DNA of 56,563 nt, taken from the NCBI GenBank assembly GCA_003553085.1, contig PUPH01000155.1, positions 1-56,563 of the forward strand. Reading direction: 5' to 3'. A program made the translations under genes and the position numbers. This document shows, piece after piece, positions 1 to 9,015 of the stretch; the stretch's first letter is position 1; each line of letters begins with the position of its first letter. The notes under the pieces are model-generated. The model ran no database searches. It was not told where the DNA came from and worked only from the letters and a program-made list of their open reading frames with translations. Source of the DNA: Thermoplasmata archaeon. Lineage in GTDB: Archaea; Thermoplasmatota; Thermoplasmata; Halarchaeoplasmatales; Halarchaeoplasmataceae.

Positions 1-72
1 CGTCTTTTTTCTACTGGGTTCCTCATCGGGATTGCCCATCACGTCTGGTCGAGATGCGATGTAGAACCTCAT
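1..72 (-). CDS. hypothetical protein, N-terminal fragment running off the window edge
   Basis: Minus-strand ATG at 72..70 opens MRFYIASRPDVMGNPDEEPSRKKT and runs to position 1. An alternative ATG lies at 39..37. An AT-rich box TTATTTAAATG sits at 85..95 just upstream. Too short to assign a family. Confidence 0.25.
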   Translation of the reverse strand, partial: MRFYIASRPDVMGNPDEEPSRKKT

Positions 73-116
73 TAAAGGGGTGGGTTATTTAAATGTAACG
101 GTCGAGAGCGGTGATA

Positions 117-1142
117 TCACCAATATGCGCTCAATATATCGTCCAGCTCCTCGATCGTCTTGCGCACGGCCCTGCTCGGTGGGTCTTCGGGGGATGAAAA
201 CACCTTATCATCGGGCGTTTCGATGCTTGGGTCGAATGCACCTTTGAGTATTGCCAGCCAACCCTCTATCACCCTTGGACCGTATCCGGACAGCAGCAGC
301 TCCACATGACCGGCGTTGTTTTCCTGGGCGAGTTTTTTCGACACCCGTCCTAGATATTCCAAACCGGTCATATCCAATCCAAGGTCCGTGAGTGTATCAC
401 TGTGGTGGGGATCCGAGCCTCCGTTACGGATGATAACGTGAGGGGCGAACTTTTTCACTATGGGTTCCACGACCTTGTCTATGCCGTATGCATGATCCGC
501 GGTATGGGCATCCCTAGGCATAGGTATGTTCACGGTGTAACCTTTACCGGCACCCTTACCGACCTCGTGAACGTATCCCCGTCCGGGATAGAGTGTCGCC
601 GGATCCTGGTGGATGGAGATGAAGAGCACTCTGGGGTCCTGGTAAAATACGTCCATGGTACCGTTACCCTGGTGAGCGTCGGTGTCGAAAACGCATACCT
701 TTTTCCCTTCATCGGCAAGCATCTGTGCACCCACCGCAACATCGTTGAACAGACAGAACCCCTCTCCATAATCCCTACCTGCATGATGCAGGCCACCCAA
801 GTTAACTGCACTCCCACTTTCAGCAGCATCCCTACAGGCTTGGATAGTACCTCCCACTATGTTCATGGCCGCTTTGGGAGCTCCTTTTTTAACCGGTGTA
901 TCGGGAGAAACACGACCACCGATCTTTTCCAGCTGTAATACCTTTTTGATATATGTCTCAGAGTGTACAAGGGAAAGATCGTCAAGAGAGGCTTCTACCG
1001 CCTTCCGTACTTCGAATACTTCTGTCATCGCTTCCGTGTCGTTCACCAACTCCACGAATCGGGGGAATCTCACAGGATCGAATGGATGCAGTGGGCCGAA
1101 GGAGTATTTTCGGTAATATTCATTATAGTATATAGGGATCAT
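117..1142 (-). CDS. histone deacetylase / acetoin-utilisation (AcuC) family deacetylase
   Basis: 341-aa ORF with HDAC-family signatures GGLHHAGRDYGEGFCLFNDVAVG and DTDAHQGNGT. Its ATG overlaps the stop of the upstream gene (ATGA at 1139..1142). Confidence 0.9.
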   Translation of the reverse strand: MIPIYYNEYYRKYSFGPLHPFDPVRFPRFVELVNDTEAMTEVFEVRKAVEASLDDLSLVHSETYIKKVLQLEKIGGRVSPDTPVKKGAPKAAMNIVGGTIQACRDAAESGSAVNLGGLHHAGRDYGEGFCLFNDVAVGAQMLADEGKKVCVFDTDAHQGNGTMDVFYQDPRVLFISIHQDPATLYPGRGYVHEVGKGAGKGYTVNIPMPRDAHTADHAYGIDKVVEPIVKKFAPHVIIRNGGSDPHHSDTLTDLGLDMTGLEYLGRVSKKLAQENNAGHVELLLSGYGPRVIEGWLAILKGAFDPSIETPDDKVFSSPEDPPSRAVRKTIEELDDILSAYW

Positions 1143-2101
1143 CTCTCATCACCTTTTCTTGCTTTCGTTGCCAATATGTGTGCTTGGCGGATGGGTTCCG
1201 GGATCTTGTATGTGCAGTTCTCTTTCACGATATCGATGGCCGTTTCATGAGATACTCTATGACCGGCAGAGATGTAGATGGGGTTCTTAGCCCGGGAAGA
1301 ACTGAGTAATGCGTATCCCTTCACATCGCCTTCAAGGATCACAGGTGACGATATGTTATCATGATCTATGGTCTCCTTCAAAGAACCTAACAGAAGACTC
1401 TTGGCCACCCCCATTGTGGGTATATCCATCACCACGCCCAGGTGAGAAGCCAATCCTAACCCCCTGGGATGAAGTGTACCGTTGCCGTCCACCATTACCA
1501 GATCCGGCTCACCATATTTTTTTATGAGCTTGACCAGCACCGGAAGTTCGCGATATGAAAGGTAAGACGGGATGTATGGGAACGTGATCTCGTCACAAAC
1601 CACCGATTCATGGATCTTCTCACCTTCATCCCATACCGTCATTGCACCGTAAGCTCTATCATCACCATAAGATACATCGACGCCACAGATGGTCTCTATC
1701 TCGCCGTGAGCATCCTTCGAGACCACGTCCCCTTTCAATTCTACCTGCTCCTCTCTGATATCGATCAGCGGTCGTGGTCCTTGGAATCCCTCAAATAATA
1801 TCTCCTCGAAGTCATCGACTACGCCATCATGGACATGGACTCCCTCATCCTCAAGTAGTTCTACTTTCTTATCTACACCCATGCCAAAACCGCCTATGCT
1901 TCCATCGGACATGACCACTCTATGGCACGGTACCTCGATGGGACGTGGGTTTTGATTCAACATCGTCCCTACAGCCCTGGCGGCTCGTATGTCTCCCAAT
2001 GCTCTTGCCAGAGCGCCATAGGAGGACACCCGCCCCCTCGGTATCTGCTGCACGAGGCGGTAAAAGTATTCTACGAAAGACCCTTGGATTTCCTTCATCA
2101 T
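1139..2101 (-). CDS. bifunctional O6-alkylguanine-DNA alkyltransferase domain / endonuclease V fusion protein
   Basis: 320-aa ORF. The N-terminal ~85 aa carry the alkyltransferase active-site/DNA-binding motif IEVPCHRVVMSDGSIGGF (Cys codon 1925..1927). The remainder carries endonuclease V motifs CGVDVSY, VMVDGNGTLHPRGLGLASHLGV and PTMGVAKS. Confidence 0.9.
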   Translation of the reverse strand: MMKEIQGSFVEYFYRLVQQIPRGRVSSYGALARALGDIRAARAVGTMLNQNPRPIEVPCHRVVMSDGSIGGFGMGVDKKVELLEDEGVHVHDGVVDDFEEILFEGFQGPRPLIDIREEQVELKGDVVSKDAHGEIETICGVDVSYGDDRAYGAMTVWDEGEKIHESVVCDEITFPYIPSYLSYRELPVLVKLIKKYGEPDLVMVDGNGTLHPRGLGLASHLGVVMDIPTMGVAKSLLLGSLKETIDHDNISSPVILEGDVKGYALLSSSRAKNPIYISAGHRVSHETAIDIVKENCTYKIPEPIRQAHILATKARKGDER

Positions 2102-2191
2102 CGATTCCTATGTAAATCGAAGCTTATACTTTTTTTGCAGTGTGCGGGTTCTGAGAAAACCTTTATTATCATTCTTCACTATCATGATCGG

Positions 2192-2965
2192 ATGCCGCAG
2201 AGTATATCGAAAGGTGACTGGATCATGCTCTACAGTCCCGGTAGGATAGAGATGGTGCTGGTGAGTGGTGATACAAAGAAGATACCGGGTCTCGGAGTGA
2301 TAAATACAGACAGATTCACAGAGAAAAGTTACGGAGATAAGATAAAACTGGGTAGGAACTCCTATTGCATCCTAAAACCTTCGTTAAGGCACGCGCCGGA
2401 GGGGATCAAAAGGGGACCCCAGATAGTTCAGCCGTTCATGTGCGAACTCATCGCCCATATGGCAGATATAAGCTGTGGCGATGCAGTGGTCGAAGGCGGT
2501 GCTGGCACAGGTATGTTGAGCGCTGCCCTTTTAAGAAGGGTGGGGGAAAACGGTAGATTATATACCTACGAACTGAGAGATGAGTTTCTGAATCTGGCAG
2601 AAAGTAACATCACCTCCCTGGGTCTGAGGGGGTCCTGGAGACCTAAGGTAGGTGATATCACCAAAGATGTTGAAGAGGGTAACATCAACGCTTTCATCGT
2701 AGATATACCTGATCCATGGGAAGCCATAGATATGGCTGTTGAGGCTCTGACAGGCGGTGGTGCGTTCGTTGCCTACGTACCAACGATGAACCAGCTGGAG
2801 TGTGTGTACAACGGATTGGAAGAGCACGTATTCACCGATATCAACTGTCGAGAGATACTGGATAGAGAGATGGTGGTCACACAGGGTGGAGTAAGACCGT
2901 CCTTCCAGGGGTTGGGGCATCACGGTTACGCCGTTAGGGGCACTAAATCGATAGATACGCTCTAA
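2192..2965 (+). CDS. trmI: tRNA (adenine-N1)-methyltransferase, TrmI/GCD14 family
   Basis: Track ORF 1922..2965 is trimmed to ATG 2192, because its upstream part is antisense to the alkyltransferase gene. SAM-binding motif VVEGGAGTGMLSAAL and motif AFIVDIPDPW are present. A TATA-like CTTTATTATC lies at 2161..2170. Confidence 0.85.
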   Translation: MPQSISKGDWIMLYSPGRIEMVLVSGDTKKIPGLGVINTDRFTEKSYGDKIKLGRNSYCILKPSLRHAPEGIKRGPQIVQPFMCELIAHMADISCGDAVVEGGAGTGMLSAALLRRVGENGRLYTYELRDEFLNLAESNITSLGLRGSWRPKVGDITKDVEEGNINAFIVDIPDPWEAIDMAVEALTGGGAFVAYVPTMNQLECVYNGLEEHVFTDINCREILDREMVVTQGGVRPSFQGLGHHGYAVRGTKSIDTL

Positions 2966-2989
2966 GCATGAGCTTTGTTCGTCCTGCTC

Positions 2990-3613
2990 TCAACTACCGA
3001 TCCGATTCGCCACCGCCGCGGAAGCGAACACCTTCAGAACGTCTCCGAGTAAGAAGGGGACCGCACCCATCATCAAAAGTCCCCACATGCTTAGGGTACT
3101 ACCTACAACGAAATGACTCCAGAGGTAAAGGTGCGCCAGACCGAATCCGTAGATCACCACGAAGGTGGCCACGGACATCAGGCTCAACATTTGTGAGAAG
3201 TTTTTGGATCGTGAGTGATTGTCCGTCATATAACCGATGAAGAAGGAAGCGGCCACGAACCCTAGGAGGTAACCACCGGTAGCTCCGGTCATTGTACCCA
3301 TACCTCCGGTCCATCCCGTGAACCAAGGTACGCCTGCGGCCCCTAATCCAACGTAAATGGATGTGCTGAGACCACCCCAGTTCTTTCCTAAAACGACGGC
3401 TCCTAAAAGCACAGCAAACGTTTGTCCGGTGATCGGTACAGGAGACCAGGGTATGTAAAACCTTATCTGAGCCGCCAATCCGATCAGACACGCGAAGATA
3501 GAAGAAAGTACCAACTTCTGGGTAAAGTCCAATCCGTGCCGCCATTCAATGAGCTTGGGCTTGTCGAATCCGTGTATGTTGATGTTCACTTCCATAGGGA
3601 TCATCCCTGACAT
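2990..3613 (-). CDS. bioY: BioY family biotin transporter (ECF S component)
   Basis: 207-aa polytopic membrane ORF with BioY-like motifs PVPITGQTFAVLLGAVVLG, TGGYLLGF and VPFLLGDVLK. Confidence 0.85.
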   Translation of the reverse strand: MSGMIPMEVNINIHGFDKPKLIEWRHGLDFTQKLVLSSIFACLIGLAAQIRFYIPWSPVPITGQTFAVLLGAVVLGKNWGGLSTSIYVGLGAAGVPWFTGWTGGMGTMTGATGGYLLGFVAASFFIGYMTDNHSRSKNFSQMLSLMSVATFVVIYGFGLAHLYLWSHFVVGSTLSMWGLLMMGAVPFLLGDVLKVFASAAVANRIGS

Positions 3614-3730
3614 GGGAGAAGGTGGAAGTAAAGGCTAGCGTTATAACATTATCGATTACCAAAGCATAATCGCAACACTTATAACCGTTCTTTTAAATCC
3701 GGCAATCAAAAGATACTTAGAGGTAATATC

Positions 3731-5359
3731 ATGAAAACCACCATAGGTCGATTACTGGAGGAAAAGGCTGATGAATATCCTGATAAGGACGCGGTCGTCT
3801 TCGAGGGGCGCCGTATATCATACAAGGAACTGAACGAAGAAGCGGACAGGTTGGCTCACTTCTTGATGTCGAGAGGTGTGGGCAAAGGGGATAAAGTTGC
3901 TATCTGGCTAACCAATCTCCCAGAATGGATCGTCGCCTGGTTCGCCATACCGAAGATCGGCGCCGTCGTGGTACCGACGGATCCGTGGTACAAGAGCAGT
4001 GAGATAGAGTACATGTTCGGAGATTCTGATACCAAAGCTGTGATCACAACGGAGAGGTCCGGTAAATACCGCTTCTTGAACATACTCGAAGAAGTAGCCC
4101 CTAAACTCGACGAACTCGATACTATCGTGTTATTGGAAGGAGAGAGTGACAAGATAGACACGATATCCTACCAGGAGGCCATCGATAAAGGAGAGGGTTG
4201 GGAAGAAAACGAGGAATATCTCGCTCGAAAGGATGACCTGGATCCTGATGATGTAACATTCATTTTATACACATCGGGCACCACCGGTAAACCGAAGGGC
4301 GTTATGCTGACCCATTACCAGATAGTGAAGAACGCCCACGATCAAGGCGAAATACTTCACACCTCTGACGAAGACAAACTGGTGATACCTGTTCCATTCA
4401 GCCATTGTTTCGGCAACGTGATGAGCATCACTTTGACCGTGGTGTTCGGTGGAACCATGTTGCCCCTCCTTGAGTTCCATCCTAAGAAAGCCCTGGAGCT
4501 GGTGGAAGAAGAAAAAGCCACCATGATCCATGGTGTTCCGACCATGTTCATAAGGGAACTAGAACTTGCCAAACAGGGTGATTACGACACCAGCAGTCTG
4601 AGGACCGGTATCATGGCCGGTTCGAGCTGCCCGGTGGAAACCATGAAGTCCGTGATCAACGACCTGGGATGCAACGTATCGATCACATACGGACTCACCG
4701 AAGCTTCTCCTGGAGTCACTATGACAAGGTTCGACGACAGCATAGAGGACAGGGTGGAGACCGTAGGACGTGTCATGCCAGATCAGGAGATCAAGGTGGT
4801 GGATGATGACGGTAATGAAGTCCCTCACGGAGAGACCGGAGAACTCATGGTCAAGGGATACAACGTGATGGTCGGTTATTACAAAAAACCCGAGGCAACG
4901 GCGGAGACCATCGAAGATGGCTGGCTACATTCAGGAGATTTGGCCATCATGGACGAAAGAGGATATGTTAGGATCGTCGGCAGGAAGAAAGACATGGTCA
5001 TCGTCGGCGGATTCAACGTTTATCCCAGAGAGATCGAAGAATACCTGATCGAACATCCTGAGATACAGGAAGTCGCCGTGGTGGGTGTTCCTGATGAGGA
5101 CCTAGGAGAGGTTGTCGCTGCTGCGGTAGTTCCTACACAGGATTCCGAACTGAGCGCACAGGATGTTGTTGATTCACTGTACGGAAAGGTGGCTAGTGCA
5201 AAGGTACCGAGATACGTTGTAGTGGATTTCGATATACCCGTCTCCGGCAGAGGTAAGGTACAGAAATTCAAACTGAGAGAGATGCTGGCAGAGAAGGTAG
5301 AAAAGGGCGAACTAGAGAAGATGGTGCCCACTGAGGTCAAGAAAAAAATGAAGAAGTGA
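3731..5359 (+). CDS. AMP-dependent acyl-CoA synthetase/ligase
   Basis: 542-aa ORF with AMP-binding motifs YTSGTTGKPKGV, YGLTE and GWLHSGDL, plus a C-terminal PRYV..P.S..GKV.K region. GAGGT lies 7 nt upstream of the ATG. Confidence 0.9.
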   Translation: MKTTIGRLLEEKADEYPDKDAVVFEGRRISYKELNEEADRLAHFLMSRGVGKGDKVAIWLTNLPEWIVAWFAIPKIGAVVVPTDPWYKSSEIEYMFGDSDTKAVITTERSGKYRFLNILEEVAPKLDELDTIVLLEGESDKIDTISYQEAIDKGEGWEENEEYLARKDDLDPDDVTFILYTSGTTGKPKGVMLTHYQIVKNAHDQGEILHTSDEDKLVIPVPFSHCFGNVMSITLTVVFGGTMLPLLEFHPKKALELVEEEKATMIHGVPTMFIRELELAKQGDYDTSSLRTGIMAGSSCPVETMKSVINDLGCNVSITYGLTEASPGVTMTRFDDSIEDRVETVGRVMPDQEIKVVDDDGNEVPHGETGELMVKGYNVMVGYYKKPEATAETIEDGWLHSGDLAIMDERGYVRIVGRKKDMVIVGGFNVYPREIEEYLIEHPEIQEVAVVGVPDEDLGEVVAAAVVPTQDSELSAQDVVDSLYGKVASAKVPRYVVVDFDIPVSGRGKVQKFKLREMLAEKVEKGELEKMVPTEVKKKMKK

Positions 5360-5364
5360 ATCTA

Positions 5365-6477
5365 TCACCTACGGCGGTAGGCATCCCACACCTTGTACCA
5401 TATGAAGCCCACCAAGAAGCCCATCCCTATGTTGGTCAGCAGGGATACTATCGCTGTTACCAGTGTCACAGACCACACATCGGTTTTACTACCGGCCAGA
5501 CCGAGCTCGAAGGCGATGAATACCAGTAGGGCACCGAGGATGGCCACAGGGAAGAAGGCAAGGGTATCGGGTGAGCCTGAGATCAAAGCCAATGCGATAT
5601 ACACACTGCCAAGTATAAGGTTCGATCCACCGGTGCGTGCACCGAACCTGTACTGTCCCGCAAGACCTCCGGAACCGTGACACATGGGTATTCCACCGAA
5701 CAGAGGTGATATAACGTTCATCGCACCGACTGACCTAGACAGATCATCCGGATCCACGTCCTGTTTCAACAAGTCGGAAAATAATAGTGATGTAGCTAGT
5801 ATAGAGTTTCCAGCGGTCAGGAAGAATTGTGGGAGCGATCCCTGGATCAATGAATCCATGAAAGAGTCGGGTATGGGTATGCCAAATGATGGCGTGGACA
5901 ACAAACCTATCTCCGGTGTACCGTGTACGTACAATCCATAAACGATCCCTATTCCGATCACGAGTAAAGCCGATATGTTCGGTACATTCCACCTTTTATT
6001 CAGTATCAGAAAGACCAGGACCACCGATATCCCCAATACGGCCAACCATGGTATGTCGCGTGAATAGTCAAAAGCGGACCGAAGGAATATCAACGCCAAC
6101 CCCATCTGGATACCTCTAACCACCGATGTAGGTACGGCCTTATTCAACCTCTTCATAAAACCTAGAAAACCGATGGTGAGGAAAACAAGTCCCAGTATGA
6201 ATCCCGCAAAGAGTATATCACCATAGGTCAGGGCCCCTGCGATGACCAATGCCGCAAGGGCCTTCATCGGTTCCACGGGCATGGGAAGACGATAGTAAAG
6301 TCCCGTAGCTATCTGGAATATGCCAAAAAATAGAAGCATGAGTCCTAGATTTGCCTCGGATACCAAGGCGATACCGACTATCAAAGGTATGACGGTGATC
6401 GAATCTCCGAAGGCACCGGAGAATTCCTCCAGCGTGAAGCGAAACCTTACACCTCTACTTTGATTCAACGGGATCAT
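5365..6477 (-). CDS. putative sulfate/molybdate transporter (MOT1-like membrane protein)
   Basis: 370-aa polytopic ORF. Its N-terminal EEFSGAFGDSITVIPL ... LPMPVEPMKALAALVIAG resembles the MOT1-type molybdate/sulfate transporter family. Confidence 0.6.
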   Translation of the reverse strand: MIPLNQSRGVRFRFTLEEFSGAFGDSITVIPLIVGIALVSEANLGLMLLFFGIFQIATGLYYRLPMPVEPMKALAALVIAGALTYGDILFAGFILGLVFLTIGFLGFMKRLNKAVPTSVVRGIQMGLALIFLRSAFDYSRDIPWLAVLGISVVLVFLILNKRWNVPNISALLVIGIGIVYGLYVHGTPEIGLLSTPSFGIPIPDSFMDSLIQGSLPQFFLTAGNSILATSLLFSDLLKQDVDPDDLSRSVGAMNVISPLFGGIPMCHGSGGLAGQYRFGARTGGSNLILGSVYIALALISGSPDTLAFFPVAILGALLVFIAFELGLAGSKTDVWSVTLVTAIVSLLTNIGMGFLVGFIWYKVWDAYRRR

Positions 6478-6676
6478 ACTAAAGTATCGAATGGAGGACC
6501 GGGATATATATTTAACCTACAGTATCTTATAACATCGTAAAAATTAATTATGTGTAGGAAATATCAGTATGAGCGATACAGAAAAAGAATAGGAGTGTGG
6601 AGAAATACTGGATGAAGGTACGGAACAAGGGAGAAGGTTCGTAGGTCGCGAAAAAGAACTGTCTATACTTAAAAGT

Positions 6677-8974
6677 GTGATGATGGAAGTCCTCTCCAAG
6701 GAAGGTAGATTGGTGCTTATCGAAGGGGAAACCGGCATCGGAAAAACTGCGTTGGCCCAGCGTTTCATGGAGGTATGTAAAAGGAACGGGTTTACGGTTT
6801 TGGCCGGTAGATGCAGGCACCACGGCTATTCTCCCTACCAGCCCTTCAAAGAGGCTCTAGAAGGGTTAGATGAGAAAGAAGTGGATGATATCTATAAAGG
6901 CGTAGCCGCTTCTTTTGGAAACTCCACTACAACCTCTCATTTCAAGGATTTCGACGTAGGGGATAAGAGAGGGGCATTGTTCCTGGAAATAACCGAGAGA
7001 TTGATAGGACTATCTAAAGATGAGCCGCTGTTGATATTCTTAGACGACCTACAATGGATAGACATCTCTTCAGCAAAACTACTTCATTTCCTTAAGAGAA
7101 ATCTTGGCCAAAACAGGATATTTGTCATAGGAGCTTACCGGCTGGAAGATGTATCGACCTTTGACGAAGAGATGCCAATCAAGGATCTCTTTAGATTGCT
7201 CGATAGGGAGAGAGACATGGAGATCATCAGTCTCGATAGATTAGGAAAGCAGGGTGTCAGGAACATCATCTGTAACATACTCGATCTCGATAACGTGCCT
7301 TCTTCTTTCGTTGATCTGATCTACAAAGAATCGGAAGGAAATCCGTATTATGTTCACGAGATCATGAACTCACTCTTAGATGAAGGACTCATCGACCTTT
7401 ATTCGTTCAGATGGGATCCAAACATAGATCTATCCAAGATGATCATCCCTAAATCCATAGAATCTATCACTCGCAGAAAGGTTGATCGGTTGGATAGACC
7501 GCATAAAACGGTGCTTTCAGCCGCGGCGGTCATGGGTGATGAGTTCGATTTCGAGGTCATCGAAAAAACCCTGGACATGGACATATTTGAACTACTGGAC
7601 ATCCTTGACCAATTGATAGATCGAGGTTTCATAACCGAAGTTTCAGAGGCAGACAAAGAGTTGTACCGGTTCAATCACATACAAACGCGCTCTATCATCT
7701 ACCGACAGATGGGAAAAACGAGGAGAAGGGTGCTGCATAGGAACATCGCTCGATCTATGGATGAGGTATATTCAAAAGATCCCGATGAACATTACGCTGA
7801 GCTCAGCCTTCACTTCTTCAAGGGAGGCTTATGGAAAAAAGCATATGAGTATTCCCTAAAGGCCTCTGACGAGGCCATTTCATCCTTGGCACTGGATGAA
7901 GCGATCATGTACTTGGAACGGGCTTCTGAAAGTCTGGATCAGATGAAAGAAAAGGTCGATCTGAACTATAAAAAAGAATTGTACGACAGATTGAGCACCC
8001 TTTACATAGATGTGGATCGCTGGGACGAGGCATTGGAAGTGCTGGATCGGATCAAAGAAATAGCCAGTGAAAAAGATCTCGAGATCAGAGCCGATGCCGA
8101 ATTCAAGATCGCAAGATGCATGAGAGAGATGCAGGATTTTCATACAGCTGAAGAAAAATACACGACTGCGCTGGAGATGTATGGCACCTTAGAAGACGAA
8201 GAGGGTATCGCCAGGTGTCATCGAGGATTGGGGCACATGATGTGGAGAAGGGGGAGATTCGGATCTGCGTTGAGTCATTTTCAGAAGGCTGAAGATAAAG
8301 CAAGATCTATGGGTAATAATAAGATCCTTGCAACAGTGTACATGGATATAGGTAATACTCTGTGTCAATCCGGGGCTAGTGATGAAGGACTGGATTACTA
8401 CAAACAAAGCATCTCTATCCTGGAAGATAGTAACCATCATGGCGAACTAGCTCGAGCGTATAACAACATGGGGGACGAATACATGGACCGGGGTGAGATA
8501 AAAGAAGCCATCGACCTATTCCAAAATACTATCACCATGGGAGAGAAGGCAGGTAGTTACTTGATCGTGGGATGGGGGAGTTTCAATCTTGGACTCGCTT
8601 TGGCAAAGGGAGGAGAAATCAAGAAGGCTCTAGATCGGGTCTCATACGCCGAGAATATCTTGACAAAATTGGACCACTCGGTGGGACTTTCCTCAGCACT
8701 CAGGACCAAGGCTACGATTTACAGACTCAATGGGGAGCATCAAAAAGCTCTAGGTTCAGTTGAAAAGGCCATGGAAATACTGGTGAAGATGGACATACCT
8801 TTCAATTTAGCTCTCTGCATGCTGGAGAAAGGAAAAATACAGATGGAGCTGGATGATACAAAAAAAGCTGAAGATCTGTTCCGGGAAGCTGAAGCGGTGT
8901 TTCGGGATCTGAACACCGTACCGTTGATCTCTGAAGTAGATCGTTTGCTCCAGCGCATCCAAGATGGATCTTGA
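6677..8974 (+). CDS. AAA_16/STAND-like ATPase with C-terminal TPR repeats (paralog 1); minimal coordinates
   Basis: Walker A GETGIGKT and Walker B LLIFLDDLQWID, followed by many TPR-like repeats. The conserved N-terminal motif RRFVGREKELSIL is encoded in frame upstream (6632..6676) of the first GTG/ATG. The frame is open back to TAG 6590..6592, and an in-frame ATG lies at 6569 (see findings). Confidence 0.85.
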   Translation: MMMEVLSKEGRLVLIEGETGIGKTALAQRFMEVCKRNGFTVLAGRCRHHGYSPYQPFKEALEGLDEKEVDDIYKGVAASFGNSTTTSHFKDFDVGDKRGALFLEITERLIGLSKDEPLLIFLDDLQWIDISSAKLLHFLKRNLGQNRIFVIGAYRLEDVSTFDEEMPIKDLFRLLDRERDMEIISLDRLGKQGVRNIICNILDLDNVPSSFVDLIYKESEGNPYYVHEIMNSLLDEGLIDLYSFRWDPNIDLSKMIIPKSIESITRRKVDRLDRPHKTVLSAAAVMGDEFDFEVIEKTLDMDIFELLDILDQLIDRGFITEVSEADKELYRFNHIQTRSIIYRQMGKTRRRVLHRNIARSMDEVYSKDPDEHYAELSLHFFKGGLWKKAYEYSLKASDEAISSLALDEAIMYLERASESLDQMKEKVDLNYKKELYDRLSTLYIDVDRWDEALEVLDRIKEIASEKDLEIRADAEFKIARCMREMQDFHTAEEKYTTALEMYGTLEDEEGIARCHRGLGHMMWRRGRFGSALSHFQKAEDKARSMGNNKILATVYMDIGNTLCQSGASDEGLDYYKQSISILEDSNHHGELARAYNNMGDEYMDRGEIKEAIDLFQNTITMGEKAGSYLIVGWGSFNLGLALAKGGEIKKALDRVSYAENILTKLDHSVGLSSALRTKATIYRLNGEHQKALGSVEKAMEILVKMDIPFNLALCMLEKGKIQMELDDTKKAEDLFREAEAVFRDLNTVPLISEVDRLLQRIQDGS

Positions 8975-9015
8975 TGAGGGAAAAGTGTTAATATACTTCT
9001 TACCAATCCGATAAT

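Noticed and set aside
402-938. 178-aa plus-strand ORF, with similar long antisense ORFs elsewhere (e.g. 35894..36502 -, 50045..50635 -, 42314..42607 -, 18683..19192 +).
   Set aside because: Each lies entirely inside, and antisense to, a gene with strong family motifs. Their translations are Ser/Thr/Pro/Arg-rich shadows without motifs.
1922-2191. N-terminal 90 codons of track ORF 1922..2965.
   Set aside because: This part is antisense to the alkyltransferase-EndoV gene and has no TrmI similarity. Homology begins at ATG 2192, which has a TATA-like box upstream.
6590-6592. Genome-wide reassignment of TAG (e.g. pyrrolysine) as the explanation for the in-frame TAG.
   Set aside because: TAG appears to terminate several well-delimited genes in the window, with ends at 14023, 15630, 29456 and 31139. 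No pyl genes are seen here. A local explanation is more parsimonious, but it cannot be settled from this window.
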